Below are positions 13,001 through 27,400 of a stretch of 64,000 nucleotides of DNA, piece after piece (the stretch's first letter is position 1; the number at the start of each line of letters is the position of its first letter). The notes beneath the pieces are model-generated. The model was not told the origin of the DNA, did no database searches, and saw nothing but the letters and a program-made list of their open reading frames with translations. The translations under genes were made by a program, and so were the position numbers. Origin of the DNA: Ptychomitrium polyphyllum (lineage: Eukaryota); contig OZ316775.1 of the NCBI GenBank assembly GCA_973851085.1, positions 11,718,001 through 11,782,000 on the forward strand, read 5' to 3'.

Positions 13001-15946
13001 TGTTTTTTCCTATCTCTAATTTTCTTGTATGTTGTAGTGGCAATGTAAATTTTATCAATGAATGTCTTTATAAACCTGGAAATATGCCACTTGGAGTTGG
13101 AAAGTGCCTTAAGTGAAACAAGCATGGAAAAAAGATTCTAGTCCTTATTATACTAGATTCAAGTAATGAAGTTTGAATTTGGGCTGCAGCAAGCAAAATA
13201 GACGCTGTGATGTTGGAGTCTATCATATAATTTGGAACCGTGCAAGTTCTACAAAGGTGTCAATTTTATTGAAGTAGAGAGTTAATCCAATTTCTTTGAT
13301 ATTAGCACCATTATATAGCAATGGCATATTTGTTTTGTATGTGCAAGTTGCAGACTTGGATATAGAACAACGCCCATAATAAGATGAGGAGACATCAAAA
13401 TAAGCAAGATGGAAAGAATTGTCTTCCATGAATGAGTGCTTGAATTGCTATTTCAAAAGCACTCTTAACAATAGGAAAATGATTACTAGGAAAAATAACT
13501 TTTCGACAATAATAAGCTGCAAATTCATTTTTCTTTGTAAAGTGACCTTAACAGCTCAATGTGAAGTAATTGATCCACGTCTGCAATCGGTAGAGGTAAT
13601 CAGTCTTGAATATTATTAAGCTGGTGAGTTCACTAGATTTCAAACTAATTTTACAAGCCTCAGAACAATTCTATTTTTGACCTCTATCTTGACAACAAGC
13701 TTATTGGCAGTTGGAAGAGCTGACTGTTTTATTAATCAATGTCTTGGCAACATAAGTGCTTGATTATGGTTGCTTACAAAATGTTTCATTTGTGCATATA
13801 TTCTTTAGTTGGATGAGCTGGACGAGAATTTCAGCGTTTCTATACAAATATCTTATGAAGAATAAGGGGATATCATCTTCATTGACACTTCAAGAATCAA
13901 AGACAAACACTAGAAATGTATTACAATCCAATGATGGTTTTGCATTGGAAATTGAACCCCCATCCACTTTCACTTACTTGTAGATGCTCAGTTGCAACTA
14001 TTCAACTTGGAGTGGCAGCCTTTTTCAGCTCCTTGACCAAGTCTGATGAAGGTCACTCTTGGGATGACCTTTACAAAAATGTCAGTCTAAACTTCGAAGT
14101 GCACATTTTCTCGGTTTTGGATGTGTTGACTTGAGACTGGACATGTAGGCTTGGCTTCAGATATATTGGTAAAAACATATTACAAAATCCATTGGAACAT
14201 ATCACTTACTACAGGTTAATGGCAACCAAAATAAATTTGAATGAAAATTTTCCAATCTAAATTGTAACCTTGAAGCCCCTAGATCACTTGTGTACATTGG
14301 TTCATAATAAAAATATATATTATTTTATACTAAACTTATAAACCAAAGCATTAATATTTTAAATCTCATCCAACATATCAAAAGGAGAAGTCAAGGTTGC
14401 AACTCACCATTCAATCAAGAGAATGAATTATCCTATCCTTCATATTTTCTTTACCGTCATTAAAGCGTTTTGGTTAATGTTTTCTATGGAAATATTTGCA
14501 TGTAAAATATGTAATAAAACATCCAAAAATCAACAACTTCAGAGTAATTCTCAAATGGTCCTTCATTAAATGTAGAATAGTGTAATAATTAAGAAGGTCC
14601 TTAATTATTACACTATTCATATGAATCACCACAATCCTCTTCCAAAGCTTTACCAAAGCAAGGATTATTTCCCAGTCTTTACCATTCCAAAGTACTTACT
14701 AAAACATCAGTCTTGCTCTACTTTTGAACCTTGAAACTTCACTAATGGAAGGCAATGCAAGGTGCCTGCTTATCACTTTATCTTATTCTTATTCTTGTGT
14801 TCAAGACACATCATTTTTCTCAAACCAGTATACGGACATGTTTAATTTTCACGAATTGGTTTGTGCACATGTTAGACTTTCTTTAATATGAGTTTTTGGA
14901 CAGATGTGAATTTTTTCTTACAATGATGAGCATTGAGGTGTGGAAAGGGTCAAACTTTGTGAAATCAACCTTGAAGTAAGCGACAGTGAGCTCAGGCAAT
15001 GACCGGGTCTCCCTCTATCGGACCAGTATAAGACTTCTATCGGTCGAGTAGCAACATACCACAGGGGCGCTGCGTTTTATGTGACAAAGATGAACAAGTC
15101 AGAACATCAACAATTGCCATATGCACTTGATAGCCAGAAAAATCAGCAGACCAAATTTCCACCAATTTAGGGGCTGGCTTCAAAAGGTACCATAGAAATC
15201 TAACAAGGCTCTTAATGTCGAAGGATTCAGGCAGAACGTCTTTGAACAAAACTTCTATGAAGAGCATCTCCCTTCATCTACCGGACTGAAAACGTATGAA
15301 GAGCCTTGCTCTCGAGATCGTACTGATCAAAAACATGGATACGGTAGTGTATAGCAAAGCATGCAAGCATGACGCATCTATCCTCTTATCGAAAGCATCA
15401 ATCTCGCACCAAATGCCATCGGCTGGAAACCACACATCATCTCCAAATGAAATGATCTCGAAGTGAACAAACACCAAATTTGATAAGTCTAAGAAAACTG
15501 CCAGCGAGATAACAAAGGCCAAACATATTTTAAAAAAACTGAAAAATATGAGTGAATAAAGGCTTCGTCTTTCGAGACATTCCGCGAACTTTATAAATCC
15601 ATAATTTAAAACCCAACAGTAAACGCACCCTATAGTGGCCTATTTGTTACCCAGCAATTTCATTTTGATTACTGCTGACACCACAAGTGTAGTCCCCTCT
15701 CGCAAGAACCGCTTGTACCCTCTCCTAGCACTTTCACTCACCGTCCACATTCATATCTGACTTCAAGTAGGACGTCGAACATACTTCCTGAAAGGAGCAG
15801 GTTTGGCCTTATGTGACGTCCACATATAGCTCTCTTCTCTCAAACTCAGCTACGACATAAACATCATGGGCCATCCAGTGCCACATAAGAAAACATGAAT
15901 AACCTATCACATCACTGCTTCAATGACTGCTGGAACTAAAGCGGCT

Positions 15947-17239
15947 CTAGTTCTTGTGTCCAATATCCTTCAGAGCGGCAATCTGCTCTTCTCCCATGGC
16001 AGACATCACAGTCACGACGAGATCCTTACCCTCCGCAAAACCTTCTTTAAGCTGTAATAGCACAAAACCAAATGAGAAATTAATATATGAGAAGTCAGGA
16101 TACTTGCATATAACTTTCAAATTACTGCAAAACGATTTCAGCGAAATACAGTACCTGAGTGAGGAGCTGGTCGTCAGTTGGCAGACGCAGATCGTCCTTG
16201 GTGTCACCGCTGTCGGTGAGTAGGCTCACCTACGACATGATCATAGAAGATCCATCATCACTCGCAAACATTAGAGAGCTACACTAACTAAGTCGAAGGA
16301 ACCAACAAACTCGTTTTGAAGCAGTAAAGTCAATAAGGTTGAGTGCTCCGCGTGTCAATACTTATCATCGATATCTCCTAGGTGCATAAAAAGTTCATAA
16401 CAAAATAACGGAAACCTTAAAAGTCCACAACAGCACTTCCGTGGTCATGAAAGGTACTCACAAATCCATCATCAGAGAGGTCGATGAGCTGGTAGTCGGT
16501 ACGCACAACCTCAGGAACCTGAAAGAAGACATTAACGCTCAAAAAAGGCAACCCAAACCAATTTCAGCTGAGAGTAAAAGTTCAATACCAGAACAATCTA
16601 CACTGCAGGGAAGATTTGACACTTTTGATATATCCAAGATACAGTTTCATGCAAAAACTCACGTCACAATTGTGAGAAGAGGGCACGATATCCTCGAGCT
16701 TCTTTCCGGTGAAGATATCAATTGCGACGAAGTGGCACTTGGCGTGTCCGTGCTTTCCGGTCTTCGAGGTAGACACCTCGACGACCTGATGAAATACAAG
16801 AGCCCATAACATCACATACACAGTAACCTAATCAGTCGTACACTACAACAGCAATAAACAGAACCGTCGGAAAAAGACCATCCTCACATCCGACAAACCC
16901 TCTCATTGCATAAATCCAACCCTAGGGTGACCAATTTTTTTAAAAAAATCAACGCCACGTCATGCTTCGCATCGTCCCGTCGTTAACAGCATCACAGATA
17001 CTCAACCAACACTACAACCACCACAAAACTCGCGGCACCGTTAAGAGCATTACGCACAACCCTTCCACCACAACACAACACCAGAGACGAAAGGGAGGAA
17101 GCAAACACCCGCACACCTTGCAGGGCCTGGACTTGATAACGAGGTAGGCGCCCTTGCGGATGGTTCCGGCCTGCTGAGGGAAGGTCTTGGACGCTCCGGC
17201 GTCGGCCTTGGACTCGAAGTGGTGCTCATCGTCAGACAT
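15947..17239 (-). CDS. eIF5A: Eukaryotic translation initiation factor 5A, 160 aa, 5 exons
   Basis: Exons 17239-17117, 16785-16663, 16518-16462, 16229-16155 and 16051-15947, all phase 0 with GT-AG introns. The protein [25 protein letters not shown]...[12 protein letters not shown]...[19 protein letters not shown] contains the hypusination motif [12 protein letters not shown]. Confidence 0.98.
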
Positions 17240-17899
17240 GGTGGAAAGCGGTGGAGTTGCGGACGAAACCACACCAAGCAAGCAGTCCGGACGGAGCAAC
17301 GACGGGGAATCCAAGCAAGCGCGACGCAACACGGAGAGGCTCCCTCGTCGCACTCCAGAAACCAAAACTCAGAGGAATGGAGGTGGTAGCGGTCTTCTCC
17401 ACAAGACACTCCGCGCACGGCATCACGGCCAAAAATCTAGCTCCCGGGGCCCCCCCCAAGCGGCCACCCGCCGCCCGTCCGATCCTCCTACCGACGGCCC
17501 GGATGGGGCCCCAATTTAGGGCAGACGCTCTACGGCTCTTGAAGATTCTACAGTGGATCTCGTTGCCGAGTTCTAGGCGCCTCCGATTTAGGATTCGCGT
17601 TTAGACGGCTGAGATCGATGGAGTGGAGCCTTATTTTTTCGTTGGAGGGTTACGATCGACGGCGAGGAGAATTGGATTTGGGGAGCCTATTCGGAGGGCT
17701 GAGATCTTGGGTCCTGGAGCCTTCGATTTGGGGTTCTCAGATGGAGGGTTGAGATTGATGGTGGGGTGCGTGCAGGCAAGTGGATCGCACACTAGTGGAA
17801 GAACGTAGACTGCTGTTTCGGTCATCTGGTACCGTAGGGTGGGGCCTATGTCCGTCTACACCCAATCCCGAGTTTCGTCCACTGTCTATTGTTTTGTAC

Positions 17900-20450
17900 C
17901 ACTCCATTTAAAAATTTGTAATCTGGGGATAATATTCTTTAATAATGCTTTTCTGAACACCATGGAAGTGTTTTTGCTGTGTTTCCTAGAGTTTTAACCA
18001 TTCTTTATTACGCTAAGGTTGACAAGTAATTGGTCATAATTTATAAGTAAAACTATAAAATATTTTATAGTTTTCGTAATAAATAGGTATTTTAGAATAT
18101 TTTATAGTTTTCATAATAAATAGGTACTTTAGATTTTTAAAAACCTCTTATTCAATAGTATTGGTATTTCTTATTTATTTGAATATAGAAATAAAAGAAA
18201 TAAATTAGTTGGTCAAAATTAGTTAATAATTCACAACATCATTATTCAAGGTGCTTGAAACAATGCAAATTTGTTACAAGAAATAATTTTGAAAAAATTT
18301 GACATACAATTGCTAATTTTTCTTAAATATAATTTTTAATGCAAAATTTGTAATCACATTAATAGCCATGTCATTTATTCATTTGTACTTAATAAGTATT
18401 TGAAAAAATTGAAGTTATATTGGAATACAATTGGAATAGAATATATTAGTAAAAACCATGATTTATTCAAAATAAATTTGTTTGTGTGTTGTACCAAGAA
18501 AAAATTTCTCTTACCAGAATTTGGAAATTATAATTTTATTCTATCCAAAATTTCATCTATCAATAGTATTTTTGATTTACAAAAAATGCTATCATATAGG
18601 AATTTTAGATGGCATTGTCTATTCTACCTCTAAATTGTGGTGGTGTAAATGTAGCTCAATATATAAAATTCTAATTGTTAATCAAAAATTACAATTTTTT
18701 TTAATCTTTTCATAATGCATTTATTACAAAACATGTGAAAGAAATCACTTGTTCAAAAGAATCATCTAAGATTCCAAAGTAAAACTTCAAAATCATTATT
18801 AAGCTTATTATTTTTGTTCATAGTTTGATACAATTATATCAATTTTCATAAATTACTGTGATAAATCCATTAGTGTTTAAGAATTGTTTATATCAAATAC
18901 CTAATTTTGAACTTAGTGGCAATAAGAACAAATTTATTATTGATTTCTTTAATTAATACAAATCTTGATGTTAACTTGCAAATACAAATTTGTTTTGAAA
19001 TTATTATTGTGAAGTAGATCAAACTTTTCAAGCATGTGCATAATATTTTTTTATAATAATAATTAGAATGGAAGTATTTGTTTTGTAAGAAATAAATAAT
19101 ATACCATCTTTATAGGTTTAAAGTGTAAATAACCATTGATTGCTTCAATTGGATAAAGTATAAAAATGTGATTGATTCTTTTAAGTATTAATAGCTAACA
19201 AAAAGAAAGAATATAATAGCCAAAAAATGGCCAAAGCAAAAAGAAAAATGAACATAAGAAACAACGAAATAAAAATGTTATATTTTATATAGAAAGTTGT
19301 ATTTTGAATAAAATAAATAATTCTTGAAATGAAATTTGGATTGAATTGTTGAATTAAATTTGCTTCTTTCTTATGTATTTTCATCATTATATTTGCATAC
19401 AGTATATGATTTTGGAACTCTGCTAATTTCATAGAAATATTATATCTAAAGAAATAGGTAATGCTTGAAAAATGTTTATAAACTTATTGTTATTCCTTTA
19501 GGTGTAGTATGAATGTTTTAGTAAAGTTGTCAATATATTGGATGCCAAAATTACTTCATTGCAAATTATACACATCTATGTTAGATTATAGTGAGTAAAA
19601 AAATTATCCACTACTCTAATTAAAAGTTTTGCAAGCATATTTACAATGGCTTTGAACTTTACAATCAATCACATCCACCATAAGATGTGATTACAACTTT
19701 TTTAGAATCTCACAAAATATGATTTAATCTTAATAAAGTTTGATAAATATTAAAGAATATATACAGTTCATTATTAAAAATAAATAAATATTCCATTTTG
19801 AATAACAACACCTTATAATAAAAAGTCTAATAAAATTTTGTAACATTTGCCTAAAGTACCTTCAACATTAAAGGATTAATTTTAACAATTACATACCAAA
19901 AGACTCAAAAGTAATCAACTTCCATTTGAAAAAAAATTAGTTTCATTAGGTATAAAACTATATGGATTTTCACATGAATTATGTATAATAGTAGTACAAA
20001 ATAATGTAAAATTTGTAAAAAATCAATATGACAATGGATCTTATTAAACATCAATGTATTTTTTATAATGGACAATAACATGAATGAAACTATGAAGAAA
20101 TCCTAATACTTCATTCTAGATTCCATATTATCTCAAATAAACGTAATTATTACATTAAATAGTAATTCTATGTGAACTTTATATAAAAACTAATAAATTT
20201 AAATTTTCTTAAAACAATGGTTACACGTAAAATGCCATTGTAAATGGTTGAAATTAAGAAGCCATAGTCTTTGGTCTCAAATATAAACAACCCCAAATGA
20301 ATTCAAAAGAAAAGGTGTATAGAATACACAAAATGATAGTCTAAAAATTCTAAATGATTTATATTGACTTCTAATTTAAACAAGACTACAAGAGAAAAGA
20401 GTAGAACCTTGTGTGAATGAAACATAAATACGCACTAATCAGAGTACTTA
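17900..20450. other. AT-rich intergenic block, probable decayed repeat DNA
   Basis: Low GC and no credible ORF, lying between the eIF5A promoter and the ATG2 3' end. Boundaries are approximate. Confidence 0.35.
18060..18133. repeat. Tandem duplication, 2 x 37 bp
   Basis: atattttatagttttcgtaataaataggtattttaga is followed by atattttatagttttcataataaataggtactttaga (2 mismatches). Confidence 0.9.
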
Positions 20451-21444
20451 GCATAGTCACAAAAGAACCAACAGTTTTTGAGGAAGTGTGATTTGATTAT
20501 AGAGCAAGCTGATACTTATACCTGTAATACTTGTAACTGAACCTTCACGCATTGATGAAATTGCCTTGAAGGTAAGTCTACTTCGTAGAAATACAATAAC
20601 CGAGGTCACGTCACATGTGGCAATCGTGTCTTGCCAACCGAAAACTAACACTTACATGCGACTTCCATCTTCAGCAAGTTAATACTGTACAAACCTATTC
20701 ACAAACTTACAGTATTCAACTCACGAGTCAGCCGCTCAAAACCGCAAGTGGGCGACAAGCACAGCACTAGAAATCCAAAAGTTTCTCTTTAAGTCTGACA
20801 TACTGTAATGATGTAATCGACAGACACTAGAATGTGACGTCGTCAATAACGGTTACAAAAATTGGCACTACGAATACCTGCAGCAACAAGGCCAAAGCAA
20901 TAACAACCCAAATTATACCTAGACCACCAGTATGTTTTATTTACAGATAAATAAAAATTGATAGCAATCTGTAAAATGAGCAAAATCTGTACAGCTATTA
21001 ACGTTACAAATATCAATTTGTCAATTCCTGTACAATGAGCAGGATCCACCAGCAGCCTCGGCATGTTCGGTTGCAACTCCGGTCTTAAACAACAGCCAAA
21101 TCTGCACAGAAAACAGAAATATTAGTGGATACAATTGAACCATAACGGAGCACTAAGCATTTTTCAGCATCTGGTTAGCTAAGGTTAGTGATGGCTAGCC
21201 TTATCCAAATATCGCGATCATACAGCTCAGACAGTTTGAGGGGAGAACAGAACCCTCATCTTCCTAAGAATTTGGTGCAAATGCTTACCTTCCGCAACTC
21301 AAATAGTTAAGAAGACAGCTCCAGCAAACAGCAACGCTCTGCAAGATATGCCGTGAAACGCCTAAAGCCAGGCTCCATATCCTGCCCATATATCTTTATG
21401 ATAACATTACACAATTTTACATTTAATCAAGTAGTCATTTATGT

Positions 21445-24400
21445 CTATTTGGGGTCTCGTTTCTCCCTCTTGTACATAGAAGAGACTCGTTTAAAACTCT
21501 TCCGCATCTCATGAAGAAGATGATGTTGTTTCCAATAATGCTGCGCTGGAGAGACTACAAGCTTGGCAGCGCCAGAACCCACAGCATAAAGAGGTCGAAT
21601 GGGCCCAGCTCCTTGCACAAACTTGAAAAGCTGGTTTTGGAAGATATCTTGTAGCCATTCGTTCAAGAAAAGCTTTGAAAAGCTACTAAGCCCATGCACA
21701 CCAGCAGCCTTTACATGTTTCAACTGGAGTTCAATGCCCTGCACAACAACACAAAATTTAGTGATAATCTGATTAAGGTTACCGGGCTTAGTGCCTTGTG
21801 TAAGAGTGAGAAGGTATGCAATCCCAGCAGAAAGGAAATGTAAAAAGTGTACCTTCCACTGAACCATGTTTACAAGTTCGGCAAAATTGCCAGCTCTTAA
21901 AGCTGCTAGGTCCACCCTCCGAGGAAGATAGTCGACACGAATGTTAAATGGAAGCACTTCAAACATCTGCAATCATGGATCATCAAAGATAATGCTCAGA
22001 AATGAATGGTTCAGAAGGTCGCATTCAAAGGTATACCTCAATGTTAAAGTACAATCCCCAGGCTTGCAAAGTGATAAAACAGTAACAATATAAGCAAAAA
22101 ATAAAGTAAAAATATAGTAACTGATCAAACAAGCGAATTGTTTACAGGACCAAACACAACACATCAAAGTGTACCTGGAAAAAGGGTAGCAAAGGTTCTG
22201 TATGCGAGTCAGTGAGATTGGAGCTAACAGAAGGAGTTGAACTGAATGAAGAAGCGCTGGACAAATTTAAATTTTCCTCTAACAGTGTTCCTTGGTTGGC
22301 ACTGAACTGTGAAGAGAAAAACTTCATGCAGAAATCCAGGTGACGTTGATCTAGATGAAGCCGAATAGGTAGAAGTGCAAAAGACACCCTGCGCTCACAC
22401 ATAGTATCGTGTCTTTTAATTCTTGAAAGGTTTTATTAAAACAAGCATCAGGTTGCTAGAGAGCACGAAAATTACATAGAAGTAAATAGACCTTACTAGA
22501 CCAAATTAAAGCATCACACTAGCCATCTACAACCTACGATGTCATGCCCTTGAATACGGGTGTAAAACAATAACATGTTAATTCTGTTGTACTCAAGACC
22601 ATTCTCTCCACTATCCTATATTCAACAGCATTGTCAAATCTAGACCCTCAAAGTTCATGTAAAAGAGTAGAAATCAGCAACTCACCTGTATTCTTCTAAC
22701 ACATCTGAAGGATCTGGCCGGACAGCATCCATATCTATCTTGACAGCTTGTGACGAAGTTTCACGAGGACGAGAAGCAACATGGTGATAGCCTACAACCT
22801 ATAATAAAAGAGAGAAGCAACAGGTGGTTAGGTAAGGACTTAGTAAGAGAAACCATATACAAACAGGCGAATTCTGGTTTACTGTGTACATTAGAAGAAT
22901 GAAATGACAAACTATACCATGATTGTTCATACTTCAAAGGCAGCTTCTATAGAGAATTAAACAAAACCATGACAATGCCAGAAGAAATAGATAATTAAAG
23001 GTGTAGACACATACAGTTTTCCACGGAGCATTGGAACTGCAATCAAGGACTCCAAAGTTGGCAACAGTGATAGTCAGCTTTGAGGCATAAATCTCAGTTG
23101 TAGGGAATACGTTGTACTGCACATTCACCCTATTGAGAAACACTTCTAAACAAGCGCTTGCCTTACGGCTGCTGTCACCAGCAGATGCCTGCGTATTCCA
23201 GTCAGGGTCCTCATCACCATATGGCCAGTCTGAACCCTCATGAAGGCGCCATTTCACGCTCATGTTTTGCAAAACCATACGGCCAACTGACTTGGGGTAC
23301 CGTTTTGGAAGAATCAATTTGACCACCGGCTTTTCTGAAGGAACGTGATCCTCTACGATGTTAGGGCCATCGCCTTCGTACCAACCACCCCGAGAGGCAC
23401 CGCCACGCGTCGGGTTTTTGAATGGTCCATTTACGACTGATAACGAATCGTCTGAATGTTCAGAAAGACCACCAGGGGTGTGCTCAGAGACGTAGTCTTC
23501 AATGAATTCTTGAACATCCTTGCCGCTCAAATCCGAGCTTTCAAGATCCAAGGCTTCCGACTGCAAATCACGCAAACTGAGAAATGCATTCTCCAGAACA
23601 CCATCCAACAAGTCAGGAGGCTCACTGACGTCTGCCGCTTTCACTTCCACTTTATGCATTTTGATCTGAACACTCTGCTGCTGAAGAGGAGGAGCAAAGA
23701 GCTGCTGTAACTGAGCAACAAGACGTTCACAAGCTGCAGTAGTGTCATGGCAAGTGTCAAAGCAGATTTCATTATTCCCGCATTCCACCTCCCACTTTTG
23801 GGTGTCCTCGCCACCAATTTTGACAGTGACACCCATAGACGTCTCTTTCGCAACCTGCATGAAATTATAATCTGGTAAGAAGATTTACAATACAAGATGC
23901 GACATACATCATCCAACACAGCATCAAGCGTGTTGGATCACAGAAACGATACATGACAAGAACTCAACAAACCATAGTTATGGCAAAGGAAGAAAGACAA
24001 AAACAGGTAGAAACGAACCAAAAAACAGATGCTGTACTAAAGGGAGAAACTGTTTAGGCAGACGAAACAAGACCTGAACAAAGCCTGTATGTTGCATGGA
24101 TTCCGTTGAGTAGGTAAATTGAGCCTGTTTTTTGAACTCCAAATCCAACACATGTAGTGCAATGTCACGAAGTCTAACATCATACTGCTCTTGATCAGAG
24201 TGCACACCATCACCGCTTGAAATTCGCACTGCTGCAGCGGCCAGAACACAAGCAACAGCCGAAGCTTCGGGAGCTGAAAGAGCTTCCAACCCGGGCTCAT
24301 AACCCAATGCTGCATCATGTAAATCAAGTAAAAAGTATTTTCGCAGTTGATCCTTAGAAACAGAAGAAGACTGTGCTTGTTCAGTGTCCTTATTCCTAGC

Positions 24401-27400
24401 AGCACTTAATGCTTCTGATGGATCAAAGAATGCAGCAACTGCGTTAGCCCAGTCAAGACGGCCACCATATGCAACAATCGTGCACCCCTTCACGTTAGCA
24501 ATAAGGAAGTCATCCGCCAATCTTTCTCTACCGGGCCATGACACATAAGTTATAGTAATGCCAGCTGAACCAACTGCCAAAACATTTCCACCCCCTCCAT
24601 TTCCACGCTGCAAGGCACTATTGCTGCATGCAAAAAGGAGAACCTCGTCGGTATCTCCTTGCAAGGATGACAACCATCTATCAGGCGGAGATCCTGACAC
24701 TTGACACTCTTCATGGCGAACACGTAAATAAGACGCATCAAGGCTCCCGCCCATTTGCAGAACCGATAGAACCTGGACGATGACAATCGTGACGTTAGTA
24801 CAACACACAAGAACTACAAGAAGCCCTGAAACGTACTGCAAAAACCAGATCTAAGAGCAGTAACTTTTTCTAGATACATGTATATTGGCATGACAGAAAA
24901 TACATCAGACAAAAATAGAACCAACAAATAGAAGTCTTCCCACCTGAAGCTTATGGACATCAAAGTGCAAGATATCCCAATGTTTCACCTCTTCAATCGT
25001 CTCTTCTGCAAGAAGACTGAGGTCTAATATTGTGTCCAAACGATCGCATTGCACAAGCACTGCTGTTTGTGAGATTTGCAGCCCTTCTGCGACCAGTGTA
25101 CTCGATGGTGTCGAAAATAAGCTACTTCCGCTCATACTCTCTTCACCAGCACAATCCTTCTTATTTGAAAATGAAGAACACAGCTCAATAAAAAACACGT
25201 ACTGACATCTTGACAGGTGAACTCCAACAAAGGGCAATCTCACTTGCACAATAACTGCGGATGATTTAATAAGCTTCTCTCTTAAATGCAAATCTGCTGC
25301 TTCTGCAGCCTCAGCAGAAACGGCTGCTACAAACTCAAAATTACAACCACCTATGCCTCCTCCTCCATCCCCTCTTCTTTTCTGTGCCACTGCCACATCC
25401 CATGCTTGTTTGGCTATCCATGAGCCTGTCTCAACTTCCCTATTCCATGCAACCTCAACTGAAGCATCGACCTCGCCCTGATGCTTGATTTTCAGAACTT
25501 GATTTTGTTGAAGTTTCCCATATTCCGAATCAACTGCCTTCGAGACCAGAAATACAGTGGCATCCTCGACACTAAAGATCAGAGAATCCCCACGAGTAGT
25601 CACAGAACCCATGAACTGCAAGTCCATAGATGGCGAAGCTAAGTCCAAGACACAGAAAGCTTTGGGGTCTTCACTGCTGCATGCTGGCTGAAATAATGGA
25701 ATACCAGCAATAATTCGAACAGACGAGAAAGACGACGTGACATGAACAGAGGTTGAACCGGCCACCGTCCTATTCCTTTGATTGCTATATATTTCCTGTT
25801 CACTGTCAGGAGTACTAATTTGACTCAGAAATTGTGTGATTCTCTGCACACTCTGAAAATCTAGCCACATGACGACAGGCTGAATATTTGTGTTGATGTC
25901 CAAGCTCCAGGATCCCTCCACAATACCAGAATTGTTTACCCCATGACGAGATAATTTCAAGCCAACCTGTACAGACTGGTTAGTCGCTGACGATATAACC
26001 CTTAGCAGCCGGTTTTCTTCCTTTAAAAGTCGATTTTTTCCCTTCGTCTCGTTGTATGTTCCTTTAATCGTGTTTGTCATCTTCATAGTAGGGTACAGGC
26101 TAACATCATAAAGGGGTAAAGTCTCGTCAATAAGACTAGAGACTGCCCTGCGTGTTTTGTCTTTTTCGTTTAGAAAAGGTGAAGCTGCATTTCTTTCTGT
26201 TGATTCTTCCAGAGCAACTTCCCAGAGCTCAACACCTTCCATGGTAAGACTGAGATCTGTCTTCTTTTCTGAAATCTGACAGAGAAATACAAAGGTATGA
26301 TCAGTATAGTGTCCAAGATAAAATGTAATGCAATAATAGATCAAAAGTAAAAATTCCCCGTATATCAACACATTGTTCAACTTTACCTACCATGACAATA
26401 CACTTCCCTTGTTTAAATACAGTACAGCGCAATGAAAAAATAGGTCGTATTTAAGCACATCACATAAGGTCAATGTGATAAATAGCTATGACTTTAAACA
26501 TGCAAAGACATGTGCATTCTTCGTGAGATAAGAAAACTCAGTTTATCTGATAGTCAGAAATAAAGGAAGACAACTCACAGAAAATGAGAGGATGGTTCCT
26601 GCTAAATGTAAATGCAACTGCTCATCGACTGAATCTTTGGATGTAGTGTCGGTACCCTTCGTAGAATCTGTGTATGCGACCTCCACCGATACACTGACAA
26701 GTCTTGCTTTGACACTATACTCGACCTGTTTCCAGGTATCTGCATGTCAAAAATCCAATCATGAATTAACTAGGATAACATAATAAGCCATCATGTGCCA
26801 AAATATTCTATCAACGGCAAATTGTCTTCTTACTATAAATGCCAACATTCCATAATTGATCTCAAACAATTTAGCCATAGTTCGAAACATACCTGTAGCA
26901 AGAAGCATAGATCCCGTATCCAAGCACTCAAAAAACTCATCCACACTGAATAATGCCAGAAACATGACGAACAATCAGCATCACGAATCTAGATACAGGT
27001 CAAACTAACGACATACATCTGCATCAGCTGTACCAGAAGTCCCTGTTTGGATCGTGTAAAAAAAGCACAAAAACTTGATCAAAACTATAGCGGGACTTAG
27101 CTCCGAACTGCCTTTTCCTTCATCAAACCTAACCCTACAAAAAGGAAGTATCATTAACCTGGCCGCCAAATCTGCCTCCGCCATCTCTCCAGGGATTTTC
27201 TGACTGTCTGCTCCTCCCCATCGCATCCAGTCTGATATCAAACTCGTCGCGGGCAAAAAGACTGAGCTGCCAGCAACGCTGCCCTCGGCTCCACTCGCGG
27301 ACCTTGTGGACAGCATATCCACTAGCCTCTCAAGACGTTCTCCCCTCTTTTCAAAGACTCGGCCAGTCTCTTCCATAGCACGCTTACTGCTACTTATAGA

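Noticed and set aside
13000..14300. Intermediate-GC stretch with LLQPKFKLHYL on the minus strand, faintly like the hAT transposase LDPRFKL motif
   Set aside because: A single weak motif among many stops, with no downstream ER-x-FS motif or terminal repeats seen. Insufficient for a TE call.
17012..17825. Cluster of overlapping ORFs around the eIF5A start
   Set aside because: By-products of the GC-rich promoter, 5'UTR and first exon. Only 17239-17117 is coding.
21739..21852. Stop-free, in-frame 114-nt last intron of ATG2
   Set aside because: It has canonical GT-AG ends and a translation unrelated to ATG2. A stop-free 38-codon intron can occur by chance.
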